Made by a program: the position numbers and the translations under genes. This document shows positions 13,727 through 26,372 of a DNA stretch of 64,000 nt, one piece after another. Origin of the DNA: Euglena gracilis. Lineage: Eukaryota. How positions within the stretch are numbered: position 1 is the stretch's first letter; every line of letters begins with the position of its first letter. The notes beneath the pieces were generated by a model, which saw nothing but the letters and a program-made list of their open reading frames with translations, ran no database searches and was not told the origin of the DNA. The stretch lies in NCBI GenBank assembly GCA_039621445.1, contig CP154954.1:12952716-13016715 (forward strand), read 5' to 3'.

Positions 13727-15459
13727 GGTGGCAAAGGGACCTTTCCACCCCTTGACTGACCCCGTGTGAATGCCGTGCAAGACAGCGACAAGAACGTTTG
13801 GGTGGTTGATGTGCGCAATTGTTGATTGTGCCTCATTTTCAGACTAAATTGCTGTGGGTGAAGGGCACCTTTAAACTCATTTTTTTTCAGGACATCCTGG
13901 AAATATTGCTTATTTTGATGTTTCAGGCCACAAGAAATGGTTTTTCCTAGATTTAATTGCTGATGTCCAGATTTGGCTCTTCAGACTGATGGGGGGTCTG
14001 GGAACCCCCAGGAAGCAAAAACAAAAACCTTATTTTTATTCTCCGGCGCGTTGCATAAATTTTATGTACATTTTTGCTCGTTTTTCAAAAAGAAAATATA
14101 GAAAAACATAATTTTGGGGTATTTTTTCTCAAGTCTTCTTTCTCGAGTCCAAAATTTTCCGGCGCCTTTTTTCCCCCAGGAGGGAATCCAGCCTCCCCTC
14201 CTCCGGGGGTATCCAGGCCAGTCCTCCCCCTGTCTGCCACTTCATAATCTGGTCGACCCCCCTCCTGGTCAGAGACAAAGCAATGTTTTACCGACCGCGT
14301 CCCTGGTCACAGACCAACATTCATGGCCGTTCAACTGGGGGAGGACGTTGTTGGGGGTTGAGAACACGTCGAGGCCAACCTGGACACCATTGAACAATGC
14401 AACCCCATTCCCGGTGATCAGGTTTCCTCATAACTTTTCACAAAACAACCCTGGGGGGGTCGACTGCAGCTAGTCCAAATTTGATTTGGGCCCCGGGGGT
14501 TCCGCTTGCAGGCTAGGTGGTGTTTTTTTTTTTAACAAGTGATTGGCACGAGGAAATATTTTATTTGACCTCCCAAAACCTTCCAAAATACCCGTTTTGT
14601 ATTTTTTGGAATGTGTTTTTTTTGGACAAAACCAGCCGAAAAGAGACTCACCAAACTCCCATTTCCACCTGGGCAAGCAGCCAGTTTTTTCCGATTGGGG
14701 GACCTGGGGGACCCGGACCCCGAGCCGTTCAGGAGAGAGGGGTCCAGCTGGTGGCTTTTCCGGTTTCTGGTTTTCAAAGCCCCTCGGGATCCCAAGGCAA
14801 AGTGTGGCTCTGATAATGCAAAGTGGTGTGGGTTTGTATGTGTGTATATGTGCGGGTTTATGGTTGTGCATGTTTGTGTGTTTGGTTTTGATTACGGGTC
14901 TTCAAGTCTTGATTTTGCATTGCAAGTTGTCCCATCGTGCTGGTTTTTCGCTTTGGCACTCGGTTCCCGCTCCACTTGGACCTTTACACCTGCAATCTGA
15001 CTAAGTTTTTCAAACTCATTCGTTCCGCCCTGCTTGCTGTATGTGCTACCTGAAGAGAACAGTTTCTTCCTTCCCACCTTTCGTTGCACTGCGACCAGTT
15101 TGACCGTGCCATACCTTTGCCTGTGGTAGTGTGTGAGGGTGCTTGTTTTAGTGGGCGTGTGTGCAGTGTCAACTGAACTGTGCTCCAACCCTCCACTCCA
15201 CTGGTGAGAGTGTGACGGAAAACTGCTTTTTGCTTTTTTCCTTTGTCTGGCTCCCTGTTTGTGTTTTGAGGTGCCTACGACGCACTTATAGAAAATTTGC
15301 CGAAAATGGCCGAAAATGACGTTTTTTGCTCCATGAGTGGGGATCCCGAAAAGGGCCGAAAATGGCCGAAAATTGCCGAAAATTGCCGAAAATGGAAAAA
15401 AATTGCTGCAAAAATTTTTTCGCCTTTTTTTTTTGCCTAGCGGTTGCTTTTTTCCTAAG

Positions 15460-16470
15460 GGGCCAATTTTCAGTGCGACTGATTCTTGTCTCTATGCAGC
15501 CTCTCTTCTCCTGCCATTGTGCCTGGACCTGGAACACATCCTGCTCAAAGAACCACCTCCAAATGGGTTTTTTTTTTGTGCCAAAGCTGGAGGTTTTGAT
15601 GGCATTTCACAAAGAGATTTTTGAAAGATGTTGTAAGTGCGATGGCCTCAAGCAACATCCAGGGTTCGATATAAGGAGGGCGTACATGGTTTAGGTGGGG
15701 GGGTGTCCCCCCCACCCCCCCCCCCCCTCCTGGCCCGCAGGGGGGGGTCCGGACCACCCCCCACCTGCAAGGGGGGTCCGGACCGACCCTCGGGGGCAAA
15801 AATTGACCCCCCCCAAAAAGGGTCAATTTTTTCCTCCGGCGCTTTGCGCCGAAAATTTTTTGCATTTTTGGCACATTTTTGCCCAAAAAGTGCCCAAAAT
15901 GGCACTTTTGGTCGTTTTGGGGGGTCAAAAATTTTCGGCCACCCTGACCGCGCACCTGTTTAGGTGGGGGGGGTGTCCCCCCCCCCCCCCCCTCCTGGCC
16001 CGCAGGGGGGGTCCCCCCCCCCCCCCCCCCACCTGTCCTTATATCGAACCCTGGCAACATCCCGCTCGCGAAACTGAATGACGGAAGTCCTCTAAGAAAT
16101 TTGTTTCTGAAGTATATGCATTTCGATGGCTGGTGGATCCCATCAACCTTTGTGGCTTTTGGTGAGTCTCATCCACGCCAAAAGCCACATAAAAATGTCC
16201 ATCACGAAGGAGGTCATTCAACTTTCTCTGACCACCCCTGCCCCACCAATGATTTCGTTCACAATTATGTTTTTGGTCCTTTTTGACAAAAGGGGTTGAT
16301 CCCACAAAAGTTCAATGATTTAGCCTACGGTTGGCATTCCTCAAGGTCGCCATCGCTTACCTCTTTGCACCTCACACACAAAATTATAAGTTAGATGTTT
16401 GCAAATGCTTAGCGCACTTTCACCCAGACGGATGATCGTCTCAACATGGTGGAGGAAACTTTGGATCAAG
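15460..16470 (+). pseudogene. N-terminal remnant of a CGGBP1-like hAT transposase
   Basis: Removing the MITE and one TSD gives FLKDVVSAMASSNIPLAKLNDGSPLRNLFLKYMHFDGWWIPS, matching the ANIPLxKL..FLxKY..IP pattern. Downstream MVEETLDQG resembles the first catalytic DETTD motif. Confidence 0.65.
15660..16053. mobile_element. hAT-type MITE, perfect TIR and TSD
   Basis: 18-bp TIR cagggttcgatataagga / tccttatatcgaaccctg; 8-bp TSD gcaacatc at 15652 and 16054. Confidence 0.95.
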
Positions 16471-18277
16471 GATTTAACGTAATTTTACCCTCCCCCCACC
16501 TATAGGAAAAATGGCCGAAAATGGCCGAAAATGGCCGAAAGTGGCAAAAATCAGGGGGTCAACAAGAGGTGCTTGGTACCTACCCCCACCCATGAAACCC
16601 CCTTGCCCAATGTACAGGAGGTCCGAGCCTTCCAGTTTGTCAGCTCTTATAGCATTGCGGATGCTCATACACTCACGCTCAAAGGATTAGCCCAATTCAG
16701 ACTGTCTAGATTTCATTTTGGTGTCCAGCAGGCTTGGGGGGAAGGTACATGAAGTATTACTGCACAATAAAAATAAAAACAACAAGAATAATAATAATAG
16801 TAACAGTAATAATAATAACAATGAACCTGTATTTTTATGGATTCCAGGTCATTTAGCATTCCCCGTCTGGAAAGTGGTCAACCAACTATGGTGGGTCGGG
16901 CGTGAACCAGCAGTGCTTGACGGACAAGATACCGGAAGATTTGGCACAATGCTGCACTACGTTTTCATGGCATCGCCCCTTTCTAACCCATCGTGGAACC
17001 ATGGCATCCTGCTGAAGCGTCCCCAACAGGCTGCATCATTGGTTGAACACTGGTTGCAGTCTATTTCACTCGAGTTGGATTGGACATTGCGATGGTCCAT
17101 CTGCATGAAAAACTCACCTTCAGCTAACCCCGACCAGATGTTCTGCTCCCCTTTATATTTTGGTGGGATTTCAAGATACTCTGGGGATTTTTCATTTGGG
17201 GAGGGAGTCATTGGTTTTTTTGGGTGATTCATACAAAATTCGTTTACACCCTATGTGCATTTATTTTATCCAAAATGGGCGTTTTCTGGTACAACTTCCT
17301 GAATTTCTGGGACAATGAAGGGGGTATGCTTTCGGAAGTTGAAAGTAGCAGTTTGACTCAACCTCTGTCCATCAACCAATAGCCCCCGCCGACACCTAAT
17401 TGTAGCTTTCCCCTGCTTCGAGCCCAGGGTTCTTCAGTTGTTCTGAAATCCTCAATTTGTGTGTGGATTTTGAAGCCAAACCTGCTGGGTACGAGGGTCA
17501 TGTGCGGATTTCACCCAATTGTCGCTCAGTTTTGTTTCGGAGCCCGAAAACTCTGTTTCCGAAGAAGTCTCTCTCTTCCTTTGGAAGTCGGAGCCCGGAA
17601 GCTGTGTGGCAAGCTTGCTACCATTGAGGTGTGGAAGCGGGACAAGCTGCAGGGAATCCTGCTCAGTGGTTGCCTCCATGGGCTGTTGACCATGGCTGCC
17701 TTTGCCTTTGCCTTTGGCTCTTGCTGGCTTTACTATGGGTTTCCTCGGTTGGAACCAACCCTTGTGCCTAGTTGCCGTGTGCCAAGTACCTAAAATGGCC
17801 CAAAAAGCCTTCTTCGACCGAATATGCTTAAAATGTTTTCACCTTTGCCTAAAATTGTGTTATATGGACGCAAATGTGCCCACAAACGTTCGCGCACCCA
17901 CACAACACAATTTTCTCATTCAAGGGTCGGGCTGCAGCGCTTATGAACGGACAGCGTCGATAAACGGCGTGACAAAGGAGCCGGGGCCGCGCGAACCAGC
18001 GGACCGGACCGTCCAGAAACATGATTTGGTGGGTTTGTCACACCGTTCGTCGAGTTCATGGGCGCCAAAGCGCGCACGACAACACAATTGTGGTTGTGCA
18101 CACAAACGTGCGCAGAAACGAAATATTTTTATGGGTTCTGCATGGTCGATAAATGCTGTGACAAACCACAACCTTCAAACGCCGGCAGTGGTTCTTGTGT
18201 ACTAAAGCGCACAGCGTGTCGTTGGTGGACGAGAAGGGCAAATGAATTTCCAGACATGAAGTACCAGAAATTCATAA

Positions 18278-18420
18278 GTGGTTCATTTGCACCTGAACGG
18301 CCACAAATTGAACGACTGAACCGAACTGAACTGAACGACGACTGAACGACTGAACGAATTCAACTGAACTGACTGAACTGAACTGAACGACATGACGCGC
18401 GCTTGGCGCAAATGAACCAC
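18278..18420. mobile_element. Small MITE with internal (ctgaa/ctgaacga) repeats
   Basis: 13-bp TIR gtggttcatttgc / gcaaatgaaccac. Confidence 0.6.
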
Positions 18421-21400
18421 CAATGGAGAAGTGAAAGAGCGACATCATTGGACCCCAGGGTTGTATGAGGTACGTGGTGGGGGGATCACCTCTTCCCAGG
18501 GGGTAAGGTGGCAGGGGGTCGCAGAGATTTTATCACTTTTGTGGGTGAGAGCGAAGATCACCCCTGGGCAAATGGGGGTCCCTGTCGAACCCCCCCCCCC
18601 GGGGTTCGGGCCACCTCGAGAACCGGAGGATTATCACCATTATCCCGGCCCGGTTCCTGGATTTTTTTTTCAGTTACCATCCCAAATTGATTTTTGCTGC
18701 AAAGAGTTATTAATCAAAATCTGGTCAATTAGGGCACCAGACGAGGCCACCAGAGGCAGAGGGTGGCAATCTGCCCCGGAATGACACACCTCAAAACAAA
18801 AAAAAGGGCCCACCCAAACCCCAAGGACGCAATTCCACCAACCTGCCAGGGTCACCGCTACCGCCGACGTTGTTGTTCGCTTGGGGGGCACAGTTCTTGC
18901 AATCTGAAGTGTGCCACTGGTTGAATGACTCTCCTTCCCAGCCTGCCATGGGGTTGACTCCGGGCTGTATCAGATCTCCTCGCTCTCCCCAACCCTGACA
19001 GCTTTTGCGGGTCATTTGCCTTAACGTTCTGAACCATCAAATGTGTTGGAGGGAGTTGCTTGTTGTGCACTTCATTGGCGATTTTCCACGATTCCAGTGA
19101 TTTTGTTCAGCAGAATGACAAAAGATTGTGCTTTGTTCCTGTTCCAATGAGCGCATGAACCGGGCATTTCCCCCTGACCATGAACTGACCATGAAATTCA
19201 AACAGAGCAGCCACGGAGGCCTTTCAAACCCATGGGGAGATGTACCTCCCCACAACGTGGGAACGTGCCTTCAACCAAAAGATGGCGTTTTGCACTTGCC
19301 CGGGAATATCTGTGTCGGGTGTGCTTCCCAACTCCTCTGTGACATGATGAAGGGGCAGTGCTCAGGGGGATTTTTTAAAAGTATCTGAAGCGTGTTTTCA
19401 AGTAATTTCTGTTTTTAGCATTGTTTTCTTTTTTCTGCTTTTTTTTCTTTGTTTCAAGTTGGCAACTCCGGGGCTGTCAAAGGTTGAAGCGCCACAGAGC
19501 GGCTCGTGCAACACATAATAAAAAAGGAACTAAACGAATTAGAATATGACTAAAGAAAGTCAACATAAAATAAGAATAACGACAAAAATTCAAAAATAAT
19601 TTATTAGATAAATACCAAAAATATATGACAAGCAAAAAATATAGAAACCATAAAAATATGACACAAATCGAAATGATGAAACAAATTAAAGCAAAATAAA
19701 TATAAATGCACACAGCAGGCAGCATCTGGAGCATGATTTGTGCTGCATCTCCTTTGAAGTTCTGGGCATACCCCATTTTGTGGCCTGACAGATGATTCCA
19801 CCTTTCGCTTTCAGGAATCCGAAGCTGTTTTCTTTAGGACCCTGAAGGGGAGTCCAGCCGTCCGGCTGCAGAGGTGCCGGCTGGAGTCCCCCCTTTTCAG
19901 CTGAAAAATTACGGTAATAAAAAAAACCGAACAACCACCCTGAAAACACCCGCTTTTGACCATATTCAGACCAATTTTCACCAACTTGCTTCCGGAAAAG
20001 GATCCTCCAGCCCACCTCCCCCATAACCTTCTACACCCATTTTGTGATGGCATTTTTTTTACCCCCCCTAACTTGGTCAGAAATGCCCCAAACGAGTGGG
20101 GTTGTCTGCGTGTCTCTCCTCCTTCCCCGGAAAATCGCCGCCGCGGGGCCCTCACGGTCACACGCCCCCCAGGCTGGTGCCCTGCTCCGGGGCGTGTGCC
20201 GGCCCCTCACTTGCCCCCGCTGCTTTCAGCCTGGGTCGCCTCCATTCAGGGTGGGACGTGCTGCCGGCTGCCCAGGTGTGGGATATGTCATTTTCCGGAA
20301 AGCTACCATGGAAGCTGGGGACCAGCCTCCGTCTCGTGCGTGTAGTCTCCTCTTCCTAACCGGGGGTTTTCACTTTGCACCTTGTTTTTCACAAGAAAGA
20401 TTGATGGTTTTTTTTTGGCAATGAAGGTGTCCGATGTCCATTTTCCCTAACCACAGAGCCCCTCTCCAGGCTTATGGTTGGGACAGTTTATTGTGGTATA
20501 ACTTTTGTGGTTATTCAGACTCGTTGGCTGTTTTGGTTTGGCAAGATTTTTGCTGTGTGTTTTGTTGGTTTCGAGAGCTTTGCTTAGAAGTGAGTTTCAT
20601 TCAATACAATTGCTTGATTTGGGACCGAATTTTCAGCTGAAACCATTGCTACCCTTTATTTTTGCTATTTTTTCCAGAAATCGAAAATTTCAAATCCTCA
20701 TGCTCCCAAAGATTCAAAGCGTCCTGTTTCCTGATGATTTGATAACAACACATTTCTTTTAGGCAGCCCAAACGTTCAGTCTGGAACAATTTTCAGTATA
20801 GTTTCCTAATTGATGCATTGTGTTTCTAGCTTAAAATTTTTTTTCAGCAAAATATGTTGTATATCATTTTGTAAATTCTGATCATTAATTCCTCAATTGA
20901 CAGAAATGCTTCTTTTGCATTTCCAACTCAGGCAAATTGTTCTTGATGTGAAGTCGGGGAATGGGATCGGGTCGCCCAGTCTCCCCCTCGGGTTTCCAAG
21001 TGCCCTCCACGGGGGATCTGTGAAAACTGACGGGGCGCCAGCCGGCGTCCCATTCTCCGCCAGCACTGCCGGCCCACCCTGGCGGTCTCTCCCTTCCAGC
21101 GTCGTGCCTCTGCCACTTGGCTGGGACGCTCCCCCTCCGGTCTGCACCGCCAGCGCTGACTGCACCTCCAGCGCGCCAGGCCTTCCACACTCGCTCAGCC
21201 ACCGCGCTTCGCGCACTGTCGGGTGGCAAAGAGACCTTTCCACCCCTGGACTGACCCCATGTGGAAAGCCGTGCAAGACAACCGTTCAAGAAACTCTCTT
21301 TTGCTCTTTGCCAGGAACCATTTCAATGCGCTATTTGCAAGGGTGGTCCAAGGGCTATCGAACCAACATTTTTGATATTGAATGTTCTCCAAAATCAAAA

Positions 21401-21947
21401 AGCAAAAAAAAACACTTTTTTTTTGAGTTCTGGAGTTGGACAGATAGAAATCGTTTTTTTCTTCTTGGATTTGGCTCCTTTTTGGCGGGATTTTGTGCTT
21501 TGTTTTTTTTTGTTTGGTCGGAGAAAATTCTGCCAATCCGAAGTATTTAAGCCTTTTTGAAGCATTATAAATTTCTCAAAAAAGGACTTAAAAAATAATG
21601 CCTGGCCAGGAGGGAGGGGGCTGGTGTGGACAGGGCTAGCCAGACGGGATCAATTAAACCGGAAAGTCTCGTGAAAAAACACCCAATGTAATCAACTCCT
21701 TTGTGAGCAACCCCCAAATTTCGCATTTGCACACCAACCAACCAAGAGGCTCAGCGTGTTTGGAGCTGGAAAATGAAGGTGATGAAATTGTGGTATATTT
21801 CACTTGTATTCTTATGGTGCTGAACCCTGTCCACATAAACATTGCTGGTGCCTTTCGGGGATTGGTGTGCGCAAATGCTGCAAATCAACCATATGCAAAC
21901 ACGGTGCATTTTTTGGACAATCATTTGCACTTTTCTCTGCCGAAACA

Positions 21948-21971
21948 AATATATATATATATATAATATAT

Positions 21972-22019
<48 letters not shown>

Positions 22020-22020
22020 T
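21948..22020. repeat. (TA)n microsatellite
   Basis: Direct reading. Confidence 0.95.
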
Positions 22021-24539
22021 AAACATAAAACACCACAGAGTCATTTTTTTGCAAGAAATCTTTTTTTTTCAAAAAAAAACGATAAACACCATACACCATA
22101 GTCACGCCAAAAGAAAGCGTCACAAAAAAAGACATGGTTTGTTTCCCCAATTGAATATTTTTATTTCATGATGTGATTACTGCTTCTTCATCGTCTATGT
22201 ACGCATTCGCGCACACTACCGTCAGTTTTACTGTGGTGTGGGTGTCACAGAGTTTAAACATCACTGGGATAGTTATAGACACTGAATTCTACCGATAATT
22301 GGTGGCAGTCCTCCTATGTCTTTTATACCCTCATCAACCATCAGTGGCAGATTTAACAGCCAGTTTCTACCTGTTTTATTTGTTGCTTGTGAATTTCCTC
22401 TCTGTTTGTAACCAACTTCAAAAAAAACCTTCACAACGCATTGCAGGGCTTCAGAAGCAACCAAAGGGTGGATATGTCACCCCACCCCCAAAAAACCACC
22501 TCCCGCAAGCAGTTGTCAAGGAAAGAGAAGGACCGGGGTTGTGTGTATGTGTGTGTCTGTGTGTGTGTGTGTCTCACCCCCCCGTCAAACAAATTGTTAA
22601 ATTGAAATGAAAATTAAGAGTATTTGATTAAGATTTGAATTATATTAGAACAGCAGACCCAAAACAACGATGGGCCCAAAAATTACCTGTTATTGTTTGC
22701 ACAACCTTTCATGATCACATCTTTTTTGGTGTCTGACACGGTACAATAAGCAACATTTTTTGTTCCACAGGGGCGTTTTGTTCCTGCAACGCGTGCCGAT
22801 GACCGCCAGCAAAGCCACCGCGCCGCGGCCGCCCCAGCCTGCCAAGCTCGTAGTCTGCCTGAAGGGCCCGGCTGCCAAGCGGTCCGCGACCAGAGGGGGC
22901 CCGTGTCGGTACCACTCCTGCCTCAACTCCTGCAACGTGTGTCAGCATCGCATTTCTGGGGCGGTATTTTTTTCCAAGCTGTTTTATCTTTTACACCAGT
23001 GAAGTACGATATATTATGGTGTCGTCAAGTTACGATGCATGGTGTGGCGATAACAGCTCCCCCCCCGGCGATTCCAGGGGTGGAAAAGTTGAAGAATTTG
23101 GATGAAATATTGTCTTCAAATTAATAAAAAACATTAACCCAAAATGCTGGGGAATTACCCCCAACATTGTGGACCCCTCCCCGAGGTCCTTTGGCACCAT
23201 CTTTATCCTCCCATCAACGGGAACACACAGCACCCAGCAGCGGGGATTCACTAGTGCTTGTTTGATGGCGGTGGGGGCATGTTTTTTTGTAGCCTCTCAA
23301 TGGTCCACCCCACCACCGTCCAACGTCATCGACATTTAGCCCCCTTGTCCACCGACCACTTATATAAACACCAAGCACCCCGGGTGGGGCATGCAGGTCA
23401 AGGGGTGCGTATAACCCACCCTGGTCAGGGGTTGTTTGGCCACGGTTGGTGGGCAAGGGGGGGGGCAGGGGGTGGCGGGTGCAATTGTTATGATTCACCC
23501 CAGTTGATTTAATCAAACCCCAGTTCACCCCAAGTTCATTATTAAACTTTTCTGGAGTCGCAGTCTGCAATGTCTGTTGTTGATTTGTAATTCCTCCTGG
23601 TTTCACAGTGTTCTTGGGGCTACTGAAGAGAACGGAGTCAAATGGTGAATGCACAGGAAGGATGGTGCCCATGCACAGGAAGGACGACCTCCTCATCGTT
23701 GTCTCCAATCTTCCATCCTTCTATTAATGTTTGTGTCAAATTTATGGGCCGACATTTCTAAGTTTATCTCCTTGCAGGTGTTTAACCTCCCTCTCTCCAA
23801 GCATCACGCCACCTCAACCACGCCAGATGCCATAAGGGTTGGGGTTCAGATTTGGAAATGGTAGGGTTTGGTGCAGGGAATGGGTTTTGGAATGGGATGG
23901 GGTTAGAATTTGAAGGTTGAGGATATGGATAGGGTTTGGGTGGGGACAGGGTCAGGTCGATAAATAAGTTTAGGAAGAACGTCTGCCGTTTACTCTGAAA
24001 ATATATTGTTTTTTCAACAAAAAATGATATTGGGGATTGAAGTGATACCTTCTTTAAAGTGAATTTAGATGGCCTGGAATGCATTTTTCACTGTTTTGGG
24101 GTTTTTTTTGCGCACATTTGCTTTTTTGACCAACTGCGTTGCCATCACTGCACAGGGCGGCGTGCCCAACAAGCCGAGACGAACAAGTGGGGACGTACAA
24201 CACCGACCTCCGGCGTCCGAGAATTTTTTTGACAATTCCCACTTTTCTTCACCCTTTTGCACACCTTTTTGGGGTTTCCACCGGAAGGGAGAAACCGTCA
24301 ATCAAAACAGGTGCGACACAAAACACTGGTTTTCGGGGAGCAACCCCCATCCGGTGAAGCCATGGTTCCAAAGCACCGGAAGTAAAAGTTGACTTTCTGG
24401 GGGGTCCGGGTCCCCCCCCCCCCGGGATCGGTCTGGACCTTGCTTGGCAGGTTGGGGGGGATCCGAACCACCTCCGGGGTCCGGGGGGAGGGGGGCACAG
24501 CCCACATCTAATCCATATACCCCGCCCCATATTTACCCC

Positions 24540-25774
24540 TCTTACTGCACCCATGAAGAGCCTGGGCAAGGCTGAGCCTGTCGTGGTGAGCGGCACAGAC
24601 GGTCCGGGTCTCGGTGTATGCGAGAGGGGTTGAAGAGTCCCTCTTCGCCATTTTCGCCACCCACCACCGGCGCCGAGGCAGCCTCCCCCTCCGGGATTTC
24701 GGGTGCCTCCCTCATTGCTGGGGTGGGACGACGGCGGCGACGATCGGCCAGTGGCCTCATCGACGCCTTCTTCTTCCTCATCCTTATCCGCTGTGGAGAA
24801 CTCAGGAGGGGGCAACCCCTTCTGCTGGGCTTCCTGTCTCCTGCTGCTCGAACCCGCTTCACCTGGCAGAGGAGCTTCTCAGGCAGCTTGGATGTGGGCT
24901 TCGTGCTGGCCCCTCGCCCCACCTTAGTTGCGCGGAGCGTTTGGATCCTTGCGTCACTGGATGGCCTCCGTCTGTGCCTGTTTCTCCGTCGCCTTCACCT
25001 CCAGGATATGCTTCAGCACCTCAGAAGTTCACAGCGGCTCGGCATTCCACCAGACCGGCATGCTGCACCGTGTTCCAGATGTGCTCAGTGTACTCGGACG
25101 CCTGTATTTTCTCCTTCCCCGTCAGCACTGTCACTATGTGCAGGAGGCTGGGGTTCGACACGTGGTCCCAGAGCATCACGGGGGAGGGGGACTTCAGATG
25201 GGTGGAGACGGGACATTGCACAGGTGCGCATTACATCGTATGCATCAACAGACAGATATGGAACTTGCACATTCATCCCTGTTGGAATGAATGCGCAAGT
25301 GCGCATTCTTATACTACTACCCAGGTGAATGATGCATCCAGACTGATTTCATTTTTTAATATCATGGGTCACGTGTTCGTGGTGTGGTCACACACACACA
25401 AACACATATTTTGAGCTTATCCATCTCGGTGTCGTGCAGGAGTATGTGGAGGGAAAATTTCACCGGCCGGGCCCGCGACGACGGAGCTCTGGCTGGAGAT
25501 GGCCACGCCCCTCTTCGCCTGCAGCCCCACCATCCGCTTTTTGGAATTCTGCCTGTTATGGCACCCCTGCCTCGGACGCCGCTGCGTAGCAGTTCACCCT
25601 TTTCATCGTCCTCAGCTCCTCATGGACCTCCCAGGCGTCGTCCACAGGCCAAGTGTACCGGGTCCTCGGTCATGACCTCTTCAAAGAGAAGAATGCGCAG
25701 ATGTGCAATCATGTCATGTCACATATTGACTGTTGCAATGCATATCCGTGGCTCTACAAAATATATCGTATCAT

Positions 25775-25805
<31 letters not shown>

Positions 25806-26372
25806 CCAGACACAATGCTTACCGTCTTCTGCGTCCGTTTGTAGCCCGCCTTGCGCAGCGCCAGAACTCAACACCCACCGGTACCGCCCTGGCGCCTCCT
25901 GCCGCTCTCCCTCCTTGTAGTTGTCCTCCGACATCTTCTTCAGGCGGCCGTGAGGTGCTGCCCAACAACTACGACATGCTCCCGGTCTGTGACGGAGGGT
26001 GCGAGGCAGGCAGGAGGGGAAAGGCCCACCACCGGCCCAGGGGCGTCGGGCAACACCACCACCTTCTTCTTCTCCCTCTTCTTCTCCGCCTCCAATTCCT
26101 CCACTTCCGCGTCTTGGGGGATTTGGGTTGGAACGGGTTGCAAGGAGGTGTAGCTGCCACAGCTGCTCCAAGTAGTGGCTGCGGAACGGGACATGGGGTC
26201 CACCAGGGGCAGCACCGCCACCACCACCCGTTCAGGTGTTCCGGTAACGCCGCCTGTAGTCGTTGTCGAACCACAAACCGGGGTTCCCGGCCAGGTCGCG
26301 CCGCAACTGGGCCTGCCGCTCCAGGGCCAGCTGGGAACGGTAGGCAGCGGAGTGAGCAGGGTGGCGGGGCGC
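24540..26372 (-). pseudogene. Decayed multi-exon GC-rich gene, product unknown
   Basis: Protein-like stretches (QDAEVEELEAEKKREKKKVVV; LKKMSEDNYKEGERQE; EVLKHILEVKATEKQAQ; DKDEEEEGVDE) with in-frame stops. Canonical donor G|GTAAGC near 25822, followed by a (TG)n-containing intron. Confidence 0.4.

Larger units (their letters stand above)
15279..16575 (+). mobile_element. Internally deleted hAT transposon (CAAGCACC-type end family)
   Basis: 8-bp TSD gtgcctac (15271) / gtacctac (16576); right end aggtgcttg; subterminal aaaatggccg arrays at both ends; empty site gtgtctac at 40013. Confidence 0.75.
2207..22903. repeat. Segmental repeat copy A (older paralog of 33025-51237)
   Basis: Collinear anchors: 2207 tcagtgaaaaa..ggcatttc = 33025; 3290-3720 = 34490-34890; 4460-4560 = 35530-35642; 18700-19400 = 46295-47150; 22690-22903 = 51030-51237. 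By eye, more diverged than B vs C. Confidence 0.85.

Noticed and set aside
16718-17227. 169-aa ORF and the many other short ORFs in the track
   Set aside because: Frames are not preserved among paralogous copies, and most arise from homopolymers or microsatellites.
22763-22950. GC-rich exon-like block after ttccacag
   Set aside because: No recognisable domain; the paralog at 51133 has a deletion and truncation; no partner exons identified.
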